Below, in pieces: positions 1 to 12,132 of a stretch of 64,000 bases of DNA. The DNA comes from Massalongia carnosa (Eukaryota): positions 186,001 to 250,000 of the forward strand of contig OZ287073.1 in NCBI GenBank assembly GCA_965645245.1. Reading direction: 5' to 3'. A program made the translations under genes and the position numbers. Below the pieces are notes generated by a model. The model did no database searches. It was not told the origin of the DNA and saw only the letters and a program-made list of their open reading frames with translations. Each line of letters opens with the position of its first letter. Position 1 is the stretch's first letter.

Positions 1-3000
1 ACAACCTGGTTCTTATTCGTTCGGACTCGGGCAACAAATAGTGGGATCTGGAACCTAGTAAACCCAGAGACTACACCAAAGCCGTTAGATGTTCTACCGC
101 CAATCAAACCGGTATTCATCCTACCAATAGATCCAAGCACATACGACCCAGCAGCCTATGAAGTCTTCAAAGTACAAACACATATTTACAAACTGTGGTT
201 GGGGGAGTATGAAAAACAGCAAAAGGCGTACGCTGATCTTATCACGTTTATTCAAGAGACGGTGACAGTTCAGAACGCAACCTATATTCAAAAAGTAGAT
301 GCTCATCCATGGAACCTCCTTCGAGCCTTGAAAGAACGGTTGGCACCAAGCGACGAGGCTCGCTCGATCGAGATAGAGAACAAATATCACAAGCTTTGCA
401 AAGGACCTGGCAAGCAAGATATGGAAATATGGATTGAAGAATGGCAGACGGTCTATGCCGAGGGAAAAGCATACGGAATCAGTGAAGTCTCAGGAACACG
501 ACCTATTCGTGATTTCATTATGGCTATTCTCATCAAAGAGGCTGCGTTTGCTAACACTTATCTGATTGGTTTAAAGAATCGGATAGAAGAAGAATTCTAC
601 GAAATAGTAAAGGAATTTCGCAGTTATATTCGAATGCATCAAACGCAAAAGATCAATCAAAACACGCATTCAGCCTTTGCATCCGAGAAAAAGAAGGAAG
701 GACAAGGGCAAGGAGCGACATTCAATGGGTAAAAAACACCCGATCCATGTCTTTGCGGGATGATTCACTGGTATAACAACTGCTACTATCTAGTATCAGA
801 GAAACGATCCTCAAACTGGTCTCCAAACCCTGCCACCCAAGCTTAAGTTAATGAGAAGATGAAAGATCCACAAACCAAAGCTTGGGTGGAAAGACTTCTT
901 CAACGGTCCAAGCAAATGGATTTAAAAATGGATAGAAACAATAAAAAGGCTACTGAGGAGAAGGAGCTCGGAACGTTTACATCGATAAAAACTGCATTAT
1001 TTTCTCAGCAGATTGCTACACGATCAGAGATTCATTGATATTGGATAACGGGTCTAACAGCCACGTGTGCAATAACACCATGAAAGAAAGATATCAATAT
1101 CAATGAAACGCCGATGGAGAGTATCTTATTGCTAGCACACAACGCCTAGCAATAGAGAGCTATGGCACAATAAACATAACTGTGCCAACTCCATCCGGTC
1201 CCAAATCCATGACTCTGTCAAACGTCGCATATGTTTCAGATTTCATGACTAATTTAGTCTCTCAAGATTTGCTCTATATCAAAGGGGTGTATTTTGATAA
1301 TTGGAAATTTCATCTTCATAGAGATGGAACTTCTATTGCTTACGTTAAACGCCACAACGGACATTATCTCATGGACAACACAGCAAAACAAGTATCAGCC
1401 TTTCCAAGTTAAGAAGACGGAACTGGCTAACATCAAGACCGAAACAGCACAGAAATGGCATCAAATCTTAGCACATGCCTCGAATGAAGCTATACAGCAT
1501 CTCGAGACATCCGCTAAGGGGGTGAAAATATCTAGTGAGGAAGTTCCTAAGACAAATGAATGCGAGCCTTGTGTATTATCTAAAGCACATCGTATCGTAT
1601 CTCGATCATCGAAAAATGCAGAATCATCAAAAGAGCCTTTTTATAGCATCACATATGATTTCATGCTGCTTAACACTGCTATGAATAAAGATGAATGGGT
1701 CTCTCATTTCGCATGCCATGCAACCGATTTTAATATGGTATTTACCCACGCTCACAAATCTGACGCTGCTAGGATAGTCAAAGAAGCTGTCAATATTATC
1801 GAGACTCGCTTTAAATCAATGGTAGTATTTATTCGACCAGACGGAGAACGTTCATTGGGAAATGAGTTCAAAGATCTGCTGATTGAGAAAGGCATTACCT
1901 ATGAATCATCAACACCCGATACACCGGAGCAAAACGGCCACTCTGAACGAAAGGGAGGTATATTGGCCATGAAAGCTCGGGCAATGAGAATCGACGCTGG
2001 CCTACCAATCTATCTTTGGCCAGAAATCGTGCGCACCGCGGGTTATATAGCTAATCGAACCCCTATGAGAAAGCATCAATGGAAGACTCCGTATGAGCTT
2101 GTCATAGGAAATCCACCCGATCTGAGTCATCTTCGCCGGTATGGGTGCAGAGCCTACACTTTAAATAAGCAAATTTCAAAGAAACAAAAGCTACAAGAGC
2201 GTGCACATATCGGTCATCTCATGGGCTATGAAGCAAGGAATATCTTTCGGGTTTGGATACCTAGTCAACGAAAGATTATTCGCACAAGAGACGTGATGTT
2301 TGACGAAAGCATAAGCTACGATGCTCATGATATTGATTTGTTGCAAGCAATCAAAGAACCAATGCTAGAAACAACCTACGAGCTTCATGATCTGGATCCT
2401 ATCACTCAAATCACAGAAATAGATTCTGATGAAGGAGAAGGAGAGGGAGATCACACACAAAACATGGGGGAAAATGTTGAAAGCATGGAATCGCAAGATG
2501 GGAATGTGCAGGAATTGGTCTCTTCACAAATGAAAGAGAGAACTTACCTTCCAACACCAACCACGTCCGAATCATTCACAAAAAGCACGAAAGCAAAGAA
2601 AGCTGCTAAACCAAAAGCATCAAAAGATATCAACTCCAGTCTCGATACGAATAATATCTTGCCTGAGGGGGTGCGAAGACTCCGCATATCCAATCAACGA
2701 AAGGAAACGTACGCAACAGTGTTAGCAGATGCTAATAACGGCGAGTTAAATTCTTATCATGCTGCATTCTCAGCCCACATCATGGCAAGTTCTTATTACA
2801 TCACCAATAAAGAATCTAGCAAAGAATCTAGCAAAAATAACACGCTGGTTCTAAGCACCCGGTTTCATAGAGATAGCCTACCTCCCGAACCTGAACATTA
2901 TCGTCAAATGCTAAAGCACCCGCATGCAGAAGGCTTCATGCTGGCCATGAAGGTAGAGGTTCAGGCCCTTATTGCTAAGAATACCTGGACTGAAGTCGGA

Positions 3001-3362
3001 CACGAAGCAGCTGTTATTGCTGGCAAAACACCGATACCAACGAGATGGGTATTCAAATAAATTCGATGAAAAAGGTTATCTAGTCAAATACAAATCAAGC
3101 TTATGCGCTAGGGGTGATCTTCAACGCACCGAGGAAGATACATTCGCAACAACATTGGCTGCATGAATCTTTCGAGCGTTAATGGCAATCCTAGCAGCAT
3201 TTGATCTCGAAAAACGGCAATACGATGCGGTAAATGCATTCGCAAATAGCCCTATTGATGAACCAACCTACTGTAGGTTACCTGAAGGGTGGCCTGGGTC
3301 AGGATCTGGAGCTGTTAATATTCTACTATTGCTATTGCGAGCATTGTACGGTCTAAAGCAAG
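1..3362 (+). mobile_element. Degenerate Ty1/copia LTR retrotransposon (gag-protease-integrase-5' RT), 3'-truncated
   Basis: Gag-like ORF 199-732; protease-like ILDNGSNSHVCN near 1040; GAG-pre-integrase WHQILAH...CEPC; integrase IRPDGERS / TPEQNGHSER; RT start TRWVFK...ARGDLQ...DAVNAFANS...LYGLKQ. Copia domain order, several stops/frameshifts, ends abruptly after LYGLKQ. Confidence 0.93.
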
Positions 3363-3365
3363 GCG

Positions 3366-6300
3366 CGCCCCAGAGGTTGTCATCTACTCTACTGTAGGGG
3401 TTTTGAGATTAATCTGACGTTTTAGAGGCGGCCAGTGCCCGGACTATTTCGAAGATGTCGATGCAATTGCCGCAACCGACTGGTATTCCTTTGGACTGCT
3501 ATTGTTGCGCCTCTCGATAGATGGCAGAAACCCAATGGACGAATGAGAAATCATACCGACGGAATAGTCTCAGGAAGAAATACTGTTAGCGATATAGTTT
3601 CTGAAAGACACCGATTGTCTTTCCGCTCTCCTTGGTGACAGCACTGCGTCAGAAAACTCATTGCCCCTTAGTCGTTTACTAGCGAGCCTTTTGCTGAAAG
3701 ACCCCATAAAAAGGCTAGAGGCTATAGAAAAATCCACACTCGAGATTGTACCGTTCCTATCGCAAAATGCCCGTATGATTCGAGACCGCAAATTGGATCT
3801 CGAATCAGATCCTGTCCGTCTGCAATCACAGAACGAATATTTAAATGTTATCGAGCAACTATCAAGTCACCATCGTAGCAGCAATTCGGAATCGTCAGGG
3901 GAAGATAAGGAAGAGCCGGATCTTCTAAATATCTTTTCCTTCTTCTCATCTACAACTTCGAAAAGTGTAGTTCCCAATTTCGTGAGTGACCTCATTCTTT
4001 GGTGTATGTTATGGTGAACTAAAAACGTGGTCTCATTGTCTCCTTATGATTGGCGATTTTGACGCTTAAAATAGATACCCCTCTTTACCATGGGGCGTGA
4101 ACATCCGCTCAACTCAGCCACGCGTTCTCGATTAACTCAGGAACTCCTAACCATATACGAAGATGACAACGGAACTCAACATCTTCACCAGTGCCTCGAG
4201 TGTAATTCTTTGAGTAAAATTGACATGGATCCGCATCGATTGACGCCTGACGGTTTGATTAAGGAGTTACAGCAATGTAGCGAAAGTTTGAAACACACTT
4301 GCTTAACACAGCCATCATAACCCAATTCAGCACTTATCAAATCAGCAGTTCCACGTGCTCTACATCTTACTTCATCCAAAGCCGTTCTTCGAAAGGGTGA
4401 GGCGGCCTACCAACTCTTTTTGACCACTATCTCAGGATTCGGCACCAAGAGAGATATTGCTCGTGCTTTTAAGTTCCTCGAAGATGCTGCCATTTCCGGA
4501 AGTCATTACTGCTGTGTTTGGCTCTGCCGACACTCGTTGTTTATAAATCGAGATCTTTCCCTTCAAATACCTTTTCGAAAATGGCTGGCAATACCGTGTT
4601 GTTTGCAGCTGGCGTTTCATCCGAGGCTTACCTCGCCTTAGCAGAATTAGATCCCATCTTAGCCAGAACAGTAGCTGTGGCGAAAAGTAAAGTCTACAAC
4701 GGCTCTACGGCAAGCTTTGTAAACACGAAATTCAACGCCGTTTGCGATTTGTATGAGACGACCTCGGATCTGTCAATGCAATTTTCCCCGATGGTTGATG
4801 GATCACCTGCAAGACAGGACGAGTTTTTTGAAAACACGTTATTGCATTTAACCGCTGGATCGGAAAACTCCGATACATCAGTCCTAGAATACTGCACTTA
4901 GGTCCTGAAAATCGACAAGAACGTGCGGAACGCCGATGGAGTGACATCGTTGCTCATGGCTTGTCGTGTTGGGAGGGAGGAGAAAATACTGGCACTGCTG
5001 CACCTTAACGTAGATGTCGATTTGGTTTATGCTGGCGGTGAAACTCCGCTGCACTGGCTTGGCTTATTGCCGGACCCTACACGAGTATTGGAAGAATTCC
5101 TCCTACGCGGTGCCGATATCAATGCGCAAGTAACTCAAGAAAGAGCGCTACCAAGTTTTCTTGGCGGGTTGAAAAGTTTATATGTGAAAGGGCCTCCTCT
5201 CAATTGGGCAATGGCTATGGGAAATGAGATATATGTAGACGCTCTCTTGAAAAAAGGGGCGGATATCAATATGCTTGTTCTTGATAAAGTAACGCCTGTG
5301 AGATTTGCTTGCTTCCCTGGAAGATCGCAGTTCCTTGACAGGTTTTCGAGACAACCGGAATTTAAGGTTTCTAGAGAGGATGCGTCTTCAGTTATGACTT
5401 TATGGAGTGATCTGCGAATACTGAATAATTATGCCAAACCCAAAGAACAAGAGAGGGCTCTTAAGCTACTGTTGTCGACACCCATTCCGTTCCGTGATTG
5501 GGCTGAAGTCGATGCTTTTTATCAATACCTTGTCTCAGAGGCTGTGTCTGAGTGTCGGAGAGAAATCCTAGAAATTGTACTCAACGGTCTCAGCAAGAGC
5601 ATGGCGACTATAAAAGACGCAGATCCAAGCAGCCTTAAGCACGCAAAACTTCCGCTCTCACATCCAGCTTGGGTCGAACATCGCCTAGTTCACGAAGCTG
5701 CAGTCAGGGGTGATCCTAAAATTTTACACATCGTTCTCGACTACGGGGGTGACGCAACCAGTATGGACGGGTTTCAACGGAGCACCTTACATCTATTATC
5801 AGTTTTCTCGAATAACGCGGAGTCAGCCGGTATCCTTCTCGACCACGGTGCTCATTCTCTCCTGGACCACAGGACTGAGTTGGATGGCATGACTGCATTT
5901 ATGACGGCAGTGGCTAACTGTAATTTCGCAGTTGCAGATCGTCTTCTTCGCAAAACCCCTACGTAACACCGAGCGCCAGACTTTACTCTCAAGCCGTCTG
6001 ACAGGCATGGCCTTTGCAGAGCTATAGTTGTTCGGCCACCTTATCGCTTGGTCGACGACTGTGGGCGAGAAGCCGGTAGAGTACCTCTGCAGCTTGCTAT
6101 AAATCCGAGAGACCCTGGATTTGCTCTTTATCGTAGACGAGACCAAAAAATACTCCCCCCTTATGATGGCCTGCGGTATAAATTCCGGTGGAGACATACT
6201 CGACACGGAACTATTTGCTTGTTCTCGGAGGAGAAGGACCATCAATCTGCTGCTGCGCCAATTTCCCAAACAGCACCATATCGACAGTAGAGATAATCAC

Positions 6301-6627
6301 GGCAACACTGCACTTCATGTTGCAGCCTTTGTAGGAAGCAATGACATGGCAACTGCGCTTCTGGAAGCCGGCGCAAACCCAAATCTTCTCAACTCCTCAG
6401 GAGCCAACCCCTTGGATGTTTTGTTTGTCTCGGATCCCCCATACCTCTGGGGAAATCGGGCTTCAAAGAAATTTTTGGTGGAGTGTTTTGAAGCTGGAAG
6501 AAACGATATTTGCATGCAGTTGAGGAGTAAAGGTGCAACGCATGCACTTCCTCTGGCAGTGAAGAATGCCTGGGCTACGCACTTACCTTATCCATGGGTT
6601 CGAAAAATGCAAACATTGTCCCCGTGA
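3366..6627 (+). pseudogene. Protein kinase C-lobe - SEL1-like repeat - ankyrin repeat protein, 5'-truncated and disrupted
   Basis: GCC CCA GAG (APE) then a GT..AG intron; DWYSFGLLL (kinase alphaF); LLKDPIKRL; SEL1-like SGFGTKRDIARAFKFLEDAA; ankyrin motifs GETPLHW, GPPLNWA, GNTALHVAA. In-frame stops (e.g. 3544, 4899, 5964, 6025). Confidence 0.72.
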
Positions 6628-7802
6628 AAGTGCCTTGCAAGCCAAACCGCACAGATTGTTGAAGTGAATTAATCACTTGATGCATGTACGAGTATTTTTG
6701 AAGAGAATAATTTTGATTATTGTCTATCGTGGGTGTTTTATGAACATCCATCAACTAAACTACCCTTAGTCTATTCTGGTCAAGCAGTCATCAATTACCT
6801 AACCTTATCTATTAGATTAACGTTTTAGTATAACATCAACACTGATAATCTCACCCAAAATATCTACCAAGCTTGTACACAACGTCAAAAAGAAAAGAAG
6901 CTTGGGGGAAGTCTTCTGCCTCAAACTCACTCATACGAATACCCTGCCCTACCGAGTCGTGTTCAACGACTCGACCCGTCAAACAAGTTTCGACCACTTG
7001 ATATATTCTGCCACATCTAGACCCAAGGCTTTCTGCACACAAGAGTAAGCGGTTTTGCCAGACTTGTGGCTTTCTTGAGTCCCTGTATTTACCTGGCTGG
7101 GCCCCAACCAAACTCCAGTTACCAATCTCGAGAAGCACAACTCCGAGCGCATAGATGCCGTACTGTTTGCGGAATCGCGGTGAGGTCGGAGAAGAATCAG
7201 ACGGCCACAAGGACGGGTGGCGGTAATCGTTGCTACTTCGGTCCAAAGGATTCTCCAGCGAGGGTGTGGTAGGGCGGTCAGGACGCGAGAAGTCGAAACC
7301 TAGCAGGAATGGGTGGGATGGATCGAGGTCTGAGGATGATGAATAAGTCGGTGACAGGCTGAAAAGAACATTTGATGAACTGGCTGCTTTGTGAAGCCAA
7401 TCAGACGCATGAAGCTGAAGAATGATATTACAGAGAGCCGTAGCAATCTGGAACCGATCACCCAGGAACGGAGGCGTCGTTGTGCCATTTATGTACTCAT
7501 GGAGAGAGTAAGGGCGAGACGATATTGATGTTGGCAATGCAGCGTTTGATGGTTGGGGTAGTCTTGACATAGCTAGAGGCCTAAACAGAAGACCATATCT
7601 CTCAATAGACTTTACTGCAAGATACTTCGTGTCTTTGAAGTAGCCAATGCATCTGAGAAGCCCGAAATCGGCTGATCTCTCCGAGCTAAGTACCACAGCA
7701 AGCGTCTTGATGCGCGATCGTATAGTTTTCATGTCATTGAAATTTTGTTGAATTGCACTGCCCTAGTTCTGGAAATTTCTATGCTTAGTCAGCTGAATGT
7801 AT

Positions 7803-9944
7803 CCCTTCGTCTGGCAATTTGGCAGCCACCTTAAATAGGCTTAGTGAGATACCGTAGGGCTGAGTTGCGAACTTCAAAACATTCTCCCCTTTTTTTGTAA
7901 ATAAGAAGGTAAACATCAGTTGAAAATCATTAAAACATCTACAATTTCTTTAGAATAATCATGAGAGGCATTGAGATAGAAGTTCCTGACCAATCAGACG
8001 CTTTGCCCCCCTCAATTCGGAAAGAACAGGCCAAAAAGAATAAACCCAGCGTACAAAGCATAATTGACTCCATGCCCCCTCCGTCATCAAATTATTGTCC
8101 AATTTCGATCCCATTTCGAAAACCACAGCCGGGCGAGACGTTGCGCTTGATAAAGCAGACTCCTTTCAGTTTATTCTGCCTCTTCTTTAGCTTTGAAATG
8201 CTTGAAATCATAGCTAAAAACACCAATCTTAAAGCGAAAAAGAAGTATGCCCTAAACGACATCAAGAGACGTCAATGGCATGACACCACTTCTTCTGAAG
8301 TAGGAGCTTTTCTGGGAATTCTGTTATATATGGGGTATACACTGATGCCACGTCTTACTGACTATTGGAACACGTCTCCTAAATTTACCATACATGACAT
8401 GGTGATTCAAGCCATGAGTCTTTGAAGATGGGAGCAACTCAAGCGATTTTTGAAGATATCCAACCCCGACGAAGATGAGATCATTGATACTCGAGGCCCT
8501 GATTGGTGGAAAAAGCTGGAACCATTGGCCACAGACTTTCGAAAAGCATCAAAGAAATACTGGATTCCTGGAAGTCATGTGTCAGTTGACGAGCAATTGA
8601 TTTTATTCAGGGGTAGGAGCTGCCATACTATGCAAATAGTCACCAAGGCGGCTGGTGTAGGCTTCAAAATCTATAGTTTATGTCAGGAAAATTATCTTTT
8701 TGACTTCTTATTTACCTCCAAGGTGAGTAGAAAAGGCCTCAATTTGCATCGTACTAATTGCAAGACAGGTGTCCAAAATTAGTGAGTTAAAAACGCCTGG
8801 ACAATTGAAATTTCCGACAACCAAATGGGATTTGTCTCCTTCCTCCCTAGTCGTCATTCAACTGGCTCGAAGTTTACCGTCTGATGAAGGCTTGAAATAC
8901 GTCATCTTTCTGGACAACTTCTTCACAAATACGAAGCTATTCAAAGCTCTGAAAACTATTGGAATTGGTGCCTGTGGGACTTCTAAATCAGGATGCGGTT
9001 TTCCTGTTGATCTTCTACGTCTGAGGGTTGCAGCCACCAAGAATAAGGACTGGGGAAAGAAGGCATTGATGACGGTACCTGCAAATAAAAGTAAAAAATC
9101 AAACATTGATGACGGGGACATTCTGTGTATGACATGGGTGGATTTAAACACCGTGCAATTCATGACCACGGTTCATACAATTGAGGATTTGAAGACTTCT
9201 TTCTACAAGAATTCCCGTCGACGTCATGGAATTCCTGCAAATTCCAGAGTCATCGTTGATGATGAAGAAGAAAAGCTTCCATTTCCCATGCCCATCGTGG
9301 AATATAACCAGCACATGTGCGGGTCAGATAGGAATGCTCAGCAAAGAGCATATTATTCACCTCAATGATCTGATCGTCGCTACTGGTGGTCAATTTTCAT
9401 CTTTCTTCTGGATGCAGCCGTTCTAAATGCCTTCAAATTGTGGAGAAGTCTGTATCCGAATTCAAAACTCAGCCATTTGGACTTTCAAAAAGAAATAGTA
9501 AATGCCCTACTATCCAATCAAGCCGGTGCCCTACGGAAACGTCCGACAGATGTCATAGTTACTACTAATCAAGACGTTAATAAAGACGTCGAGTCAACAT
9601 GCAAATGGGAGCATTTGAATAAGAAGGACTACTGTTTGGCCTGCAAAAGGCAAGTGCCAAGACTCAAACGACGCCGACCACTTGCGGAAATTGATGAAAA
9701 TTGCACCAAAAGACGACGTGCAAGTCAGACCAGATGGCAATGTAAGAGCTGTAGACCATGTTGCAAAAAGGAGGCATGTTGGGAAATTTTACATAGATCA
9801 TGAGGTGTGATTGAGGTGTTGTACCCATTATCGTTGAAAAGGGAAAATCTGATTGGCCAGATTAAAGTTATTAGTCATTACCCGGAGACGGCGCGTGTAA
9901 AATTGAATATTACCTAAATGGCTGCCAAATTGCCAGACGAAGGG
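7803..9944 (+). mobile_element. piggyBac-superfamily DNA transposon
   Basis: Perfect 26-bp TIR CCCTTCGTCTGGCAATTTGGCAGCCA (7803-7828 / 9919-9944); flanks GTAT / ATAT; encloses a piggyBac transposase. Confidence 0.93.
7961..9803 (+). pseudogene. piggyBac transposase with premature stops
   Basis: VSVDEQLILFRGR, FLDNFFT, YNQHMCGSD motifs; Cys-rich C-terminus (CLAC...CKSCRPCCKKEAC); likely intron ~8723-8769; TGA stops at 8423 and 9366. Confidence 0.9.
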
Positions 9945-11389
9945 ATATTAGCCGCTCTTCTCCCTCTATAGAACAATCAACCGTCTCAAGTTTCAACAAA
10001 TTTAATGATCGGTCCACATATCTCCATTCCAGAATCACGGGTTCATTGCTTCCATCCGCCCTTGCGACTGAGGCAATGAATCTATTCTGGCCGGCTTTCT
10101 TGGTATCTCCAGACTTGAAACTCACCAAATCCGTCACACTGGTTGACGGTAGCAGGAATTCATTTGCAAAGGATGGACTCGACTCGTTCACCACTGCGGT
10201 TAAGGCAGCTCGCCTCAAATCTGCGCATGAAGCGAGCAACTCCGTTGTTTTGTTCCGTTTCGCTTTGTTCTTCATTTTTGACAGCGTTGCCTGATCCAAA
10301 ATCCCCTGAAGCACTACAGATGGTAAACCCTTTGCCAGCGCAATCCACATTTTTGCGGGCAACACAATCCACAGGCTCTCATTCAACAGTCGCAAGTCAT
10401 CAACAAGTCTCCTAAGCTTGACGCTGTCGCTCAGTGCCCAACGGAGCTTTCCTAGCCGTGATGTTGAGACGACGATCGAACGTTCCATCGTCGTCCGTTT
10501 GACTTCCGCAATATTCACCGCGGCACAGCTGCGTATATCATCCAGATTTAGATCCTGAAGCCCAATCATTGGATCTGGGCTTGAATCCTGACCAGCCTCG
10601 CAAATTCTGACCCCGTACCGAATCATGATTAGGTCGATGTCGTCCAATAACAATTTGATAGCGTCGAGACGCGCAACAACGAATTTCTACGTCTCGTATA
10701 ATTCTCTCAATAGCAATTGGCACCCCTGCGCCTGAGAAATCCCAAGATATCTGCCCCAGAGCTGCAGCCCCCGTCTCTCAACTTCAAGATGCACACCTAG
10801 TAGATGTGCGTCTTTGCAGATGTCATTTGCAGATCGGATGAAAACATCATACGCTCTATTGCAGGTCTGGAACAGAGAGAGCAGGCTCGCAAGACCTATG
10901 CCTCCGATGATGAGTTCCACCGGCATTGTGAGCCAGAGAATACTATGAAAGAAGAAAGTGAAGTCACAAATAATAAAATAATCATCCACTTCTCCTTCTG
11001 ACGAGTACGCTACTTTCGATTATCAACAAGGTACATTATTTCTGGTTAGCTGCGATTAGTTACGATAATGCTTCTAGTATTCTATGTAAATTCTTATAGA
11101 TGAATTGGCTAAGTAAACGTAAATATTTTTTTCTTTTTAATTGTGTCAAATTAAAATATTATTGTTACAGCGCCGCCTGCTCATCATGACTCAGCTGTGC
11201 TCTCATCAGTTTCAGTATCTATTGTATCTACGAGGATAGTTACAGACCTGACGTGCGGGAAAAGGCTGACTTAGTAGGGGAGAACAACTGTTTGTTGCGA
11301 AGACGACAGTACTATTCTTCTCACTACAGAAAAGAATTATCTTCAAGAGAACTGATCGGACAAGCGTCATGTCCAAAAACGTCCGATGT

Positions 11390-11441
11390 GATCGGGTCGG
11401 GAGCCCGGGCAGGGTTCAAACCCAACCCGGCGGTTACCCTA
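11390..11441 (-). repeat. Possible hAT-like transposon end remnant
   Basis: Minus strand starts TAGGGTAACCGCCGGGTTGGGTTTGAACCC with AACCCG-type subterminal motifs; no partner end found. Confidence 0.3.
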
Positions 11442-11493
11442 GAAAGATTTTTATATGTAAAAGTTTCTAATTAACAAAATTAAACTTATCATC

Positions 11494-11664
11494 TGTAACG
11501 GTTCGACCAAGCGTGGTACGGACGGCAGGACCTACAGCGAACATAGCAGGAGTCTCAGTTATAGTAGAATAGAGCTTGGTCTACGGACTAAGTATTGTGC
11601 CTTTTAGTCGGGAAGGACAGGTGGCGCAATGGTAGAAATCTATTCACTATCTCCCTTCGTCACA
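11494..11664. mobile_element. Solo LTR (171 bp)
   Basis: TGTAACG...CGTCACA termini; 5-bp TSD TCATC at 11489-11493 and 11665-11669. Confidence 0.85.
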
Positions 11665-12132
11665 TCATCAATCAAATTCGAAAGATGATATCACTGAAAA
11701 GGTATCATCAATCTCAATTATCGAAGAGCATCTTATAACGAATAATTCAATCTCAATCGTAGTTGTATTTAAAGACTAATATTAACATATTCTTTCATGT
11801 GACAATCTTGAAGCAAAAGCGATCTGATGAAGATTCAACTCTCGAAGAATCGACTTAAAATATATCGCGCGCTTTTTTAATGATATTCGTCGACGACAAC
11901 AATGAAAATGAAGATAATTATCTCAAATTCGAACCTGTTTGATTGATTAATGCTTATTCATTTGAAAAAATCATACTCGAGACTAAATCTTACAAGAAAA
12001 CATTAAAGATTCGATCTGAGAAAAATTATGAAAAAAGCAATAAATATCGAAATCAAGACGTTCATCGATAATAAACCTTGAAAAAAAGTTGTTTTATCTT
12101 TCAAAACGAAATATCGTCATCTGTAAATAAGT

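Larger units (their letters stand above)
7746..9998. mobile_element. Short solo LTR (~107 bp) interrupted by the piggyBac element
   Basis: Termini TGTTGAA...TTCAACA; perfect 5-bp TSD AATTT at 7741-7745 and 9999-10003. Confidence 0.85.
6851..10926 (-). pseudogene. HeLo (HET-S N-terminal-like) domain plus kinase-like domain protein, split by nested LTR/piggyBac insertion
   Basis: N-terminus MPVELIIGGIGLASLLSLFQTC...LEVERRGLQLWG and KLRWALSDSVKLRRLVDDLRLLNESL are HeLo-like. C-terminal half has LHASDWLHK...NVLF, LLGFDFSRPD, YRHP, IYALGVVLLEIG. Removing 7746-10003 rejoins ...DRSLN/FNDMKTIRS in frame. One TAG remains at 10687-10689. Confidence 0.85.
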
